A DNA stretch of 64,000 bases from positions 26,203-90,202 of IMG/VR virus record IMGVR_UViG_3300022744_000020; one strand, given 5' to 3'. Shown here piece by piece: positions 20,801 through 29,496 of the stretch. The translations under genes were made by a program, and so were the position numbers. Below the pieces are notes generated by a model, which was not told where the DNA came from, made no database searches, and saw only the letters and a list, made by a program, of their open reading frames with translations. Each line of letters starts with the position of its first letter. Positions within the stretch are counted from its first letter, which is position 1. The stretch comes from a virus.

Positions 20801-23800
20801 ATTCCAAGAGGAACTTCCGGCTTTGGAAATAGTACCTTCCGAAATCGCCGCTTCCAACTCCTTGAGAATTCGTACCTTTTCAGCCGTCAGCTCTGTCAAG
20901 CCATACGCCTTGAACTTAACTGCGTCAAGCGCTCCGAGGTGCCCCTCTTGCTTGATGGCCGAGTAACTCGCAACAGCCGCCTCTACGGTGATTTTGGATC
21001 CAGCAAAAGCCACGTCAGTCTTAACGGTTTCTCCGGCAGACTCCTTCGAGGGTTTTCCGTCAGGCGCCAGGTTGGGATCTACGGGTCTTTCGGCGTTGAT
21101 CTTAACAGGCTCTAGTGGTGTCGCGGACTTACGCTTCACCTTATCCAAACCCAACTCTTGCATGACTTGTCGGATGATCGCTTGGACGTGACCACCGGAA
21201 GAAATGCCGAACTTGTAATCCAGATACGGACTCAGCGCCAAATGGTACGGACCATCTGGGAACTTCGCCAGATCAATGTACTGAAGGATTTTCTCCTTGT
21301 CCAGGGAAGAGATCTTATCCGTCGAATAACTACCAGCGATTTGCTTCATCGCTCCGGCAGTCATCAAGTACACTGGTTTGAAGCGTCTCTGATACCAGTC
21401 GAAGAAATGTTGAGCTTGTTGGGGATCAGTGTGATCCAGACCGAACAACCCCATGATTTCCTTCGATGGGAATTTCGATTCGTCGATCTTCACTCCGTCA
21501 CCGGAAGAACCAACCAAAGGCTCAAGGTATCTCTCCATCGACAAGATGGCTTTGTATCCATCCTTGTCGTCCTTGTTGAGACCGTATTGAACCAGACGAA
21601 TCTTGTCTTGAACCGTGAGTTGGTACTTGAAGTGCTGGTAGAGTTTGTAGCCACCGTAAGCGGCCAAACCCACACCCACTGCGGCAATCGTGACGGGGTT
21701 CGTCAGCAGCGCCAGCAGAGCGCTTCCACCCCCTGCTGCTGCGGCACCACCAGCTACGGTAGCTGCTCCTCCGGCTGCTGCCGCACCCGCCGTGGCGGCA
21801 CCTGCGGCAGCAGCGCCAGCGGCTGCAGTACCCGCCGCTCCGACAGCCCCAGTAGCAGCAGCGGCCGCTCCGGTTCCCATTAAGCCACTGGCAACACCGC
21901 CAAACCCTGCGAGCCTTGCAGCCATTCCAAGAAGCTTCGTAAACCCAGTGAGTTTACTGAGTCCTTTAATTGCACCCAACACCCCCTTGCCCATGTCCAT
22001 GATTCCACGGATCCCGGCAAGCATGTCACCAATGCCTTCAAACAAGCTTTTCTTCTTGTCGTCGACTTTGTCTTTGACCTTTTGAATACCGCCCTTGATC
22101 CGGTCTTTGAGAGATTTCTTTCCCTCAGCAGCCGCATTGGCGCGCTGGTCTTGCCAGGAACCATCACGGTCTCCGTCACCATCCTTGTCGTTCTTGGATT
22201 TCGGAGCACCACCAGGAAGCCTCGTGTCGATCAGGTTGTAGATGTCAGTCAGAATGTCATTGGTCTTCTGGCTGGACATACCCAGACCCAGCAGAGGCCC
22301 TTCCCCAAAAATCTTTTCCCATCCACCCTTAGCGACACGTCCAGCAGCCCCACCAATCGCGGAGAGAACCTTCTTGCCTCCACGCCACATGGCCCCAGTG
22401 AGCTTTTTGGTCACGCCCCAAGCTGCAACGTGGGTTTTCCACAAAGCTTTACCCACGGCCGTGAGTGGCGACATCAGCTTCTGCAGAGGCGTCTTGATCT
22501 TCTTTCCGTTTTCATCCACCAGACCTTGCTGGAGCATGTCGTGCGTTAAGATTTCATTGCCTTCCAAATCCATGACCGCGCCGTCGATTTGACTCGGTTT
22601 GAGAATTGGCTTCTGACTTACCTTGCTGATGTAGCCTCCGGCCTTCATGACGGCTGCGATCAATACTGGATTGGGTAAGCCCTTGACGTAAATGTCTTTG
22701 GGTTTATCCAAGAGTCCGTAGGCCCCTTTGGCAATCGTCCAGGGCAGTTTAACGGCTTTACCAACCATCTTGGTTTGCCACATGAGCATTCCAGGGGTGG
22801 CTTTTGCAATCGCCCCTACGACTTTACCCACTCCTTTGGTCAGAGCCCCAAGGGTGGCGGTTGCGCCATTCAGAAGCTTTTTGACCACACCCTCTTGATA
22901 GTACAGCCTGGGGATTTCGTCCTCTTTGAGCAAGACATTGCCCTTGAAATCTTTGACCTCGCCCTTGATATCCTTGTGGGAACTCAGGGGTTTTCCAGAT
23001 TGTGCATCGTAGTAGAGTTTCTTCTTGAATCCGTCAGACGTGAGTTTAGGTTCGTCATCTTCCCCGTGGAGATAAACGTCTCGTGGTCCCAATCCCAAAG
23101 CCTTCTTGCCCAACCAGCCGATGCCTTGGAATTGTTTCTTTGTTGCCCACCATGCAGCCTTATTGATGCCAAGGACCGTAGATCCAGCCATGCCTAAACC
23201 ACGGCGAATCAAACCCTTCTTGGGAGATCCAGGAGTCGGTTCGAATTCCGGACCTTGTTCCTCTTCTTGTGCAGCTCCTGGCTTCTTGCGACGAAGGAGA
23301 TTTCCAATCCAAGAGGATTTCTTTGAAGCGCCCTTGTTGCCACTTTGCAGCAGCTTCTCGATAGCTGTGAGTTTCTCCAGCGCTTTCTTCTGAATACCAA
23401 CCAGGGCCGGATCAGCGCTTGACGCATCTTCCGAAAAAACACCAGGGCTACCGATAGATTCGGATTTCCCTGACCGTGCAGGCTGTTTGGGTTCAGTTCG
23501 AGTTGTCGCGGCTTGACCAGCGGGCCCAGTTTGTGAAGGCTGCGCCACGCTCGACACTCTCGGAGAGGCTACCGGATCCGCAAACGTTCGATTGGATTCA
23601 GAAGAACTCATTCCGAGCGTAGCCAACGCATTGTCTCTGACCTCTCTCGTCGTGCTTTGGAAGTCCTTGAGCTTTTGCTTGGTTTCGTCAGACTCGACAT
23701 AACGACGAACATCCGAAGAAACTTCCGAAACTGAAGAGCTGACAGAGTCCATCAGCACTCGAGTGCCGGATTTCGGATTGCTGAGTTCTTCCGATGCTTT

Positions 23801-26800
23801 TTGAGCAGCCTTAATACCAGCCTCGGTAGCCGTCTTAGCAGCAGAGGACAAAGTCTTGAACAAAGATCCAGCCAGGGAGGATATTTCCTTCTTGGTTTTC
23901 TCCACTTGATCTTGGGTCTTCTGGGATGTCAGGGTTTTAGAAACCGCTTTCCCAGAACGTTGAGCAGCCTCAACGCCAGCCCGCACAGCTTGACCAGCAG
24001 AATCCGCTGCCTTTTGAGTTTTCGATTTCGGGACCTCGGTCTGACGGACTGTGCCCTCATCCGTAACTGAAGACTGAGGAGCGGCGACATCCGTTTGAGT
24101 CTGAACCATACCTTCAGCCGCAGGGCTTGGGGTGGGTGCCAAGCTTTGCATCGCTTGGTCTTTAATCTTACTTGCCCCACTTACTGCGTCTTGGTAGCTC
24201 TGGGCGGCCGCGTGCTGAACCTGATCAACGACCTGAGAAGCTCTTGAAACAATTGAAGCCGGTGGGTTAGGCAAAGGAGTCGAAGCGGGCAGCGGAGCGG
24301 GGGCTGAAACAACCGAAGCTGCGACAGCCGCACTTGCCGGATCACTCAAACCACGAACCACTTCGGCCGCAAATGTCTGCAGACTTTCCTGTACCGATGT
24401 AGCAATCTTGCTAGAGATCTCTTTGGCTTGTTCGGCTTTACTCTCGACCAAATTACGGGCTGAATCCACTCGTTCCGAAACAGTCTCCGGAACGTTATTT
24501 GGTACGTCCGTGATCGAACTCACCGAATCGGTCGATGTCGGGAGGTTATCCGGGCGTTTCGGACCCATCAACTCCTGCTGGAAATGCCGACGATAAGCCT
24601 GCATGATGACCCCAGCATCTTTATTGATGCCGTTTTCTTTTGCAGCTCTTGCCGCATCGCGGATCTTCTGGAGATCAAATCGACCATCGGTCTTGTACGG
24701 GGCAAATTTATCCGGCTCAGAATCCTTGGGTGCGGAAGGTGGAGACTTCGGCTCGTTATTTGCCTGTAGGTCTTGAAGTCCTTGGGGAATTTCTTGGGTC
24801 TCTTGAGGGGTTGGGTCAGAATGCTCAGAGGTTTCTTTCGGCTGCCTTCTGAGTTTGGCTTTTTGCTCCTCCACCCAAGACTGACGACGAGTCGCACCAT
24901 CGATACTCGGCAGGTCCGCTCGATCTCCTGCTTTGCCTCGCGCCTTTGCTCCCTTGGAGGCTAATTGCGTCAACTCGTAAAAGGCTCGGGGATCGTGCCA
25001 TTTGTTCTCTTTGATATACGCTTGGATCAGCTTGAAGACTTCTTCGGTCTTCAGTCCTTCCATTGCCTTGTCTTTGATCAGCGCGACGATCTTTTGCTTG
25101 TCCAATAAACCGTCCGTTCTCCAGGCGTCGAATCCATCATTGACCTTTTGAGTCAAGTTATCGATGTGGGAGCCGACCGTCGAGGTCACCGACTGCGTCG
25201 CTGTGGCAATGTTTTCACGAAGACCGGGAGTCCGCGTGTCGCCATTTTGATCCGCGCTACTTCCAGGCATTCTGATCGAAGAGATGCGACTCAGCAAATC
25301 AGATCCGGCTGAGCCAACCTTCTCGGCAATCGCATTGATCTTGTCAATGATTAGCTCACCAATGCTGAGTTTGCCAACGTGCAACGAGTCTAACTTCCAT
25401 TGGGTGGGAAGGGTTGCTGCATTTCCCGACGGTTCTTGATTCGGTACAGGACCAGCACCCGTCGGGATATCCGCACTGGAGCCCGGCCCAACGTTGAGAT
25501 CTCCGATTGGAGCAACCTCCGAAATATCTCGGCGAAGCTGATCGCCAAAATGACTCGTGCTAGGACGAGCGTTGGGGAGCGTCGGCTTTTGCTTTTCCTG
25601 AGCGGACTGCATCAGTTCGGCCGTTCCCGTTTTACGAATCGTCAGGTCGATGATTTTCTGAGGATCGAGCTGCCCCCGCTCATCCATAAGTCCCAAATCA
25701 ATCAGGTCTCGACCATGTCCGAGCTTGTTGAGCTCTTCCATGATTTTTCGGGGATCCTTGATGGCCTCCCGCAATTTGAAGTATCCCGATTGAACCTCAT
25801 TAAGTTTCTTTTGATCCCCCTCCAGCTCATCGAAACGCCCCGACATGTGGGAGGTGATTTCCTGGCGAGTTTCGTGATCGGTTCCCCAATACTGATCTTC
25901 CTCAGCGTAGTTTTCACGATTGAAATGCTTATCGTTGATCGACCCATTCATCAATTTTTCTTTGAGTGCCACTTTGGCCTTCTCAGAAAGCTTGCCTTCA
26001 GGGTCGATCTTGGCAAACATCTCCTTGAACTTGTAATCGCTTCCTCTTTTCTCGCGCTCGCCCACCACGGTTTCAGCAAGGCGCTTGAGTTTTTCCGATC
26101 GGTCAATGAGCTTCCCCGTCGACTGATCCACTTCGGTAAGCTCTATCGATTCATCGCCCGTGCGAAAGATCTGGACTTCTCTCAGAATTCGAGCCAGATA
26201 CCCTGGAATGATTTCATTGATCGAGCGTTCAGTTCTCTTGGTCATGCCAGCAGTAGGCATATCCAACTTGTCGGTAGAGCGGTCAGCGACCCTGGTGTCT
26301 ACCCCAGAGCTTGGGATAAAATCAGCGAGCTCTTGCTTGACCATCCCCATCATCGTGGGGTCCCATTCATTCTGAGCGTCCTCTTTGAACTTTCTCAGAT
26401 CCGCACCAGCGTTGTTGCGTTTATTGATCAGCCATTCACTACCAGCGTTGATTTTCTGGGAGCCGTAGTCCAAACCGGCGTTGAGTTTGTCATTGAGCCA
26501 GCCGGATTTGGTATTGACTTTACGGTCCCGAGTGACGGCGTATTCTCTGATTCTTTTGCCAACCTTCTTACCCAGCCATTGGGTGCCGAAGCTGCCTGCG
26601 GCTTTGGCCGTTTCGACCTTGCCATCCAAAGGCATGCCGGCTTCTTCAGCCATCGCGGCGGCGTCCTTGGCCTGCTCGTGCATGTCGGCAGCGTCACGAA
26701 CACCATCCTTGAATCCGCTGACGAGTCCATTAACCTTTTGAGTCGCCTTTTCTTTCAGATCTTTCAGTGCGGTCTCAATGAAAGCGTTGGCTCCTCCGAA

Positions 26801-27679
26801 GAGATTGTCCCCGATGGTCTGGACGATCTTTTGTTTGTTGTACTCTTTGAGGAATTCGACGTTGGTTTGTTTGACGAATTCAGGAAGGCCCGTGTTCTTG
26901 ACGATCTTGGGGAAAGAGTCCAGTGTCATCTTCCCCGTAGAGTCACCAATCTTGACCAAGTCTTGAACAGCAAACAAAGTACGGTACGCTGCTTCAAGCT
27001 GCTTCTTTTGCAACTCAAGAGAAACGTTTCTACCCAACTGCTCCATCTTGGAAGTATCGACCTGGATTTGGCTGACCAGGGTCAGCATGTCCGTGTGTCG
27101 CTTCTGCTGGATGCCTTTCTCGATATCGCTCTGGGCTTCTTCCCTTTCTCGGGCCCATTCATCTCGCTGAATGTTGGCCTTCATCACCGAAGCGATTTGA
27201 GATTCAATGAAATTGTTTTGAATCTCCCCCTTGGAAGGGGCTCGATATACCGATTCCTCTTCGTTGGGTTCGCTTTTCCATTTATTCATCAAGTCTTTGA
27301 CGGACTTGGGAACGTACTTGGATTCGGCCGGGATGATCTGGGTTGTGAGCTTCTTGAACTCTTTGATTGCGGGCTTGACCTCCTTGACGGCATCCCCGTA
27401 GAGGACTTGAGCGCTTCTGGAAACGCTCTTAGCCATGTCGTACGTTTCACCGTAGCCAGAAGGCAGAACATCCTTGAAGAGATTCTCCAAGAAGTTCGAG
27501 TCTTTCAGGCCGCTTTCAATGCCCGTCATCATGCCGTCGAGCACCTTCATCGAAGGGCTTCGATCGTCCGGAGGAGGCTCTGCATCAAACTCAAACGGAT
27601 CGCTGTCCAACTCCTTATCGAAATCAAAATCGTCCGGCGTCGCTTCTTGATGCTTAGGGGAGCGTGTGAAAATACTCAT
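17873..27679 (-). CDS. Giant tail-associated peptidoglycan hydrolase / tape-measure-like protein (phiKZ gp181-like, 3268 aa)
   Basis: Lytic transglycosylase motifs AVESGFDPKA..GLNQFMPGTW..NALMGAHY. M15 peptidase motifs SLHGFGFAVD and EDWH. Ala/Gly-rich hydrophobic segment. Divergent from vRNAP beta'. Confidence 0.88.
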   Translation of the reverse strand: MSIFTRSPKHQEATPDDFDFDKELDSDPFEFDAEPPPDDRSPSMKVLDGMMTGIESGLKDSNFLENLFKDVLPSGYGETYDMAKSVSRSAQVLYGDAVKEVKPAIKEFKKLTTQIIPAESKYVPKSVKDLMNKWKSEPNEEESVYRAPSKGEIQNNFIESQIASVMKANIQRDEWAREREEAQSDIEKGIQQKRHTDMLTLVSQIQVDTSKMEQLGRNVSLELQKKQLEAAYRTLFAVQDLVKIGDSTGKMTLDSFPKIVKNTGLPEFVKQTNVEFLKEYNKQKIVQTIGDNLFGGANAFIETALKDLKEKATQKVNGLVSGFKDGVRDAADMHEQAKDAAAMAEEAGMPLDGKVETAKAAGSFGTQWLGKKVGKRIREYAVTRDRKVNTKSGWLNDKLNAGLDYGSQKINAGSEWLINKRNNAGADLRKFKEDAQNEWDPTMMGMVKQELADFIPSSGVDTRVADRSTDKLDMPTAGMTKRTERSINEIIPGYLARILREVQIFRTGDESIELTEVDQSTGKLIDRSEKLKRLAETVVGEREKRGSDYKFKEMFAKIDPEGKLSEKAKVALKEKLMNGSINDKHFNRENYAEEDQYWGTDHETRQEITSHMSGRFDELEGDQKKLNEVQSGYFKLREAIKDPRKIMEELNKLGHGRDLIDLGLMDERGQLDPQKIIDLTIRKTGTAELMQSAQEKQKPTLPNARPSTSHFGDQLRRDISEVAPIGDLNVGPGSSADIPTGAGPVPNQEPSGNAATLPTQWKLDSLHVGKLSIGELIIDKINAIAEKVGSAGSDLLSRISSIRMPGSSADQNGDTRTPGLRENIATATQSVTSTVGSHIDNLTQKVNDGFDAWRTDGLLDKQKIVALIKDKAMEGLKTEEVFKLIQAYIKENKWHDPRAFYELTQLASKGAKARGKAGDRADLPSIDGATRRQSWVEEQKAKLRRQPKETSEHSDPTPQETQEIPQGLQDLQANNEPKSPPSAPKDSEPDKFAPYKTDGRFDLQKIRDAARAAKENGINKDAGVIMQAYRRHFQQELMGPKRPDNLPTSTDSVSSITDVPNNVPETVSERVDSARNLVESKAEQAKEISSKIATSVQESLQTFAAEVVRGLSDPASAAVAASVVSAPAPLPASTPLPNPPASIVSRASQVVDQVQHAAAQSYQDAVSGASKIKDQAMQSLAPTPSPAAEGMVQTQTDVAAPQSSVTDEGTVRQTEVPKSKTQKAADSAGQAVRAGVEAAQRSGKAVSKTLTSQKTQDQVEKTKKEISSLAGSLFKTLSSAAKTATEAGIKAAQKASEELSNPKSGTRVLMDSVSSSVSEVSSDVRRYVESDETKQKLKDFQSTTREVRDNALATLGMSSSESNRTFADPVASPRVSSVAQPSQTGPAGQAATTRTEPKQPARSGKSESIGSPGVFSEDASSADPALVGIQKKALEKLTAIEKLLQSGNKGASKKSSWIGNLLRRKKPGAAQEEEQGPEFEPTPGSPKKGLIRRGLGMAGSTVLGINKAAWWATKKQFQGIGWLGKKALGLGPRDVYLHGEDDEPKLTSDGFKKKLYYDAQSGKPLSSHKDIKGEVKDFKGNVLLKEDEIPRLYYQEGVVKKLLNGATATLGALTKGVGKVVGAIAKATPGMLMWQTKMVGKAVKLPWTIAKGAYGLLDKPKDIYVKGLPNPVLIAAVMKAGGYISKVSQKPILKPSQIDGAVMDLEGNEILTHDMLQQGLVDENGKKIKTPLQKLMSPLTAVGKALWKTHVAAWGVTKKLTGAMWRGGKKVLSAIGGAAGRVAKGGWEKIFGEGPLLGLGMSSQKTNDILTDIYNLIDTRLPGGAPKSKNDKDGDGDRDGSWQDQRANAAAEGKKSLKDRIKGGIQKVKDKVDDKKKSLFEGIGDMLAGIRGIMDMGKGVLGAIKGLSKLTGFTKLLGMAARLAGFGGVASGLMGTGAAAAATGAVGAAGTAAAGAAAAGAATAGAAAAGGAATVAGGAAAAGGGSALLALLTNPVTIAAVGVGLAAYGGYKLYQHFKYQLTVQDKIRLVQYGLNKDDKDGYKAILSMERYLEPLVGSSGDGVKIDESKFPSKEIMGLFGLDHTDPQQAQHFFDWYQRRFKPVYLMTAGAMKQIAGSYSTDKISSLDKEKILQYIDLAKFPDGPYHLALSPYLDYKFGISSGGHVQAIIRQVMQELGLDKVKRKSATPLEPVKINAERPVDPNLAPDGKPSKESAGETVKTDVAFAGSKITVEAAVASYSAIKQEGHLGALDAVKFKAYGLTELTAEKVRILKELEAAISEGTISKAGSSSWNGNPEVLVEKFAGLFGIVDTYYTEGDDWKKWFQKRFLPIWLKFHSLYVQHTGKNNYSGNVSDLKPDQQYDTAKQLAAMSDCWEVTASPFPNYRLNTDPTSTKNNLTFLEEIVKKVKLMEDARKATPPAGPKDTAEASRAIKDKLAGTTGAKQRTFAEISAERTQTAAAASDGEAKPTSTGGGGGSGPSTPGVSGASVGTLNMAGGALSDGRNGFSSMVMGPKVIMEGMNPTFVKLLSGAAEEYKQLTGKKLRVNEATRTHAEQVRLRQLYGKGAAVPGESLHGFGFAVDAHGPDLTEMDKLGLLKKYGLTRPVGGEDWHLEPVGIQLGISKYKDRPDLADAAIASGVGRGGGGWGSVRGTPLGSRNLEMATKILQAPATPNVTTKPVDPSAASPSTAAAATPAAQAAGAPGPSKPSSLISSPGGSSVPGSVGEKGAAKPMAALAQVAKTAPGTPSAPASKSRFETINLDGAAPASKAEGEKKPEAMSGGSTPLKSKVETAGNGGAAPGVKPIMAMSPPDTNPNPGTLPPLKTGSKQEVASMVASAAKMVGAPVDLAVATVAVESGFDPKAGVQGVTGLGLNQFMPGTWAETVEKYGSKYKGMSFNDPKDGPANALMGAHYVKDAEARIKQIVPNPTPTDIHLGHFFGPYGAEKFLKNLKTNDTLSGARIFPGPSQKPGNSSVFFKKNGETKTLREIYNEFGEKLKTKAAAHGVNVAAVTSSIPSAPKSEGKSSGSESAGPATSKESTTPTNAAPSATSVPAIVPRKEPSKAAEKASSRPWRDAGASSVATLAPTVPETAQTAYTPAEIPQPPRTSSSSGPVESSKERADGYPTMSFGDAPPREDRRKRIPAPNSFPEFGFGNASFEGGKNAQRPENPQIALAQASLEPISNLLRDSVETEKKILQKVTEYMKYVQDRDSRAEKQAPATAAQPISVPDESEQRKQTPQRAAPQFENGGLPSQTVYRAAAPVSMRRNY

Positions 27680-27708
27680 GATTTTTGATTTGATTAATTG
27701 AAGATGAG

Positions 27709-27758
27709 AAGATTCTTTTACTGTAGTGGGCTTAGGCTGTCCACAGTAAAAGAATCTT
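27709..27758. promoter_or_regulatory. 16-bp inverted repeat in the divergent intergenic region
   Basis: AAGATTCTTTTACTGT / ACAGTAAAAGAATCTT. Confidence 0.5.
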
Positions 27759-27861
27759 TTTGGTTCTTATTGGCTGCTCGTGAGCCAAGGGCGATATCGC
27801 CCGTCATGTCATGTGGCGCCCGCGCCGCAGTCAATGTCTTTTATCTCTGCTGGAGTAGCGC

Positions 27862-29496
27862 ATGCGTTTTAAACAATTCACCCCATTGAACTTGGGGATT
27901 TTGATCATCGAAGACCGTATCGCCAAAGTGACCAAGCCTGTCACCAGTTTGGATGACTTCGATGGGATGACAAAGAATTTTCACAAAGACGGTTTGTTCT
28001 CCCAAGAAATTTTTGGATTGGTCGGCTCGGACATGCGATTCAAGAAGTATTCTTGGATCAACATGAAGGTTGGGGTTCTTCACCCTGAGGCTCATTCATG
28101 TTTGGTAGCTTTGAAAGGACTCTACGGCGGAATTCTCCGGGGGTCCGATTACGCCATTTGGGACGAAGAGAAGAAGGACTTTTTCAAAAGCAATGCGCTG
28201 GAGGGTCAGACCGGATACCAGTTCTTCATTGACCACTGGAAGGACATCGTCTTTGAGCGGAACAAGTCGGTTCAGCGATCAGAAATGATTGACTTCTTGG
28301 AGAAGTACAAAAACCGATTGGTGTTGGATCGTCTGTTTGTCTTCGCCGCCGGCTACCGCGATCTGGAGACTGACGACACGGGTCGTGCTACTTCGGATGA
28401 CGTGAACAAACTCTACAAGAAGGTTCTGGCGATCTCGAATACCGTGGACCCCACGACTCTGGAGTACACGCCAAACGCCTACAACACTCAGCGCTTCTCG
28501 CTTCAATTGGCACTGAACGAGATTTACGAATACGTTTTCAACATTCTGGACGGTAAGAACGGAATGTTCATGGGCAAGTACGCTTCGCGTGCTCTGTCTT
28601 ATGGCACACGAAACGTGATCACATCGCTGAAGTTGGACAACTCCAGGTTGGGGGCCAAGGGTAATGTTCGTGCCAACCATGCCGGCATCGGTATTTACCA
28701 GTTGGCAAAGGCAATTGAGCCAGTTGCTATCTTCCATCTGAAGAACGGCTTCCTCTCCAAGGTCTTCACGTCGCAGACGAGTCCAGCGCTGCTTTGCAAT
28801 CCCAACACGATGCGCTCTGAGAGAGCCATGGTGGAGACGAAGGATTTTGATCGTTGGATGACCCGTCCTGGTTTGTCGGATGTTATCAACTACTACGCCA
28901 ACCCTGGGGTTCGAAACAAGCCCATCATGGTGGGAAGTTATTACCTGGGTTTGATCTACCGGGGTCCGGATAAGACTTTCAAGTTACTCAGTGGCATTGA
29001 CGAGCTGCCACGAGGGAGAAATCCGGAAGACTGTAGTCCCATCACCTACACGGATCTTCTCTACATCGCCTTGTACCGAAGAGCTGAGAAATACCCGCTC
29101 TTCGTGACTCGGTATCCGATTGACTCGGATCGCTCTACATTCCCAGCCAAGCCGTATCTTTTCTCCACCATTGAAACGGAAGTAAGAAAAGAGCTGGATG
29201 ATCAGTGGCAAGAACAGCCTCCTGAATTCACCGCATACCAGTTTCCAGTTTCGACCAGCGATACGTTCGGCTCGCTGGCTCCTCACCCTGGACGACTGGC
29301 AAAAATGAAAGCGGACTTTGACGGGGACATGTCCTCGGCAAATTCCGTAATGGCTGAAGAATCTATCGAGGATGTGGATTCTTTAATGAATAACAAACGT
29401 TTCTACGTCGGGGCTGATGGGCAGTTTGTGATCAACTGCGCTACCGACACTGTGAAATATGTCCTGATGGCCATGACCCGAAAGGTTTCCCAATGA
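27862..29496 (+). CDS. Virion RNA polymerase beta' catalytic fragment (phiKZ gp180-like)
   Basis: Catalytic ADFDGD, DGLFSQEIFG, GTRNVIT and VTRYP motifs. Confidence 0.93.
   Translation: MRFKQFTPLNLGILIIEDRIAKVTKPVTSLDDFDGMTKNFHKDGLFSQEIFGLVGSDMRFKKYSWINMKVGVLHPEAHSCLVALKGLYGGILRGSDYAIWDEEKKDFFKSNALEGQTGYQFFIDHWKDIVFERNKSVQRSEMIDFLEKYKNRLVLDRLFVFAAGYRDLETDDTGRATSDDVNKLYKKVLAISNTVDPTTLEYTPNAYNTQRFSLQLALNEIYEYVFNILDGKNGMFMGKYASRALSYGTRNVITSLKLDNSRLGAKGNVRANHAGIGIYQLAKAIEPVAIFHLKNGFLSKVFTSQTSPALLCNPNTMRSERAMVETKDFDRWMTRPGLSDVINYYANPGVRNKPIMVGSYYLGLIYRGPDKTFKLLSGIDELPRGRNPEDCSPITYTDLLYIALYRRAEKYPLFVTRYPIDSDRSTFPAKPYLFSTIETEVRKELDDQWQEQPPEFTAYQFPVSTSDTFGSLAPHPGRLAKMKADFDGDMSSANSVMAEESIEDVDSLMNNKRFYVGADGQFVINCATDTVKYVLMAMTRKVSQ

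Noticed and set aside
21700..21880. Ala/Gly-rich GCN repeat as a DNA repeat element
   Set aside because: It encodes the hydrophobic low-complexity segment of the tail protein.
25400..27688. 762-aa plus-strand ORF
   Set aside because: Antisense shadow of the gp181-like gene with no motifs.
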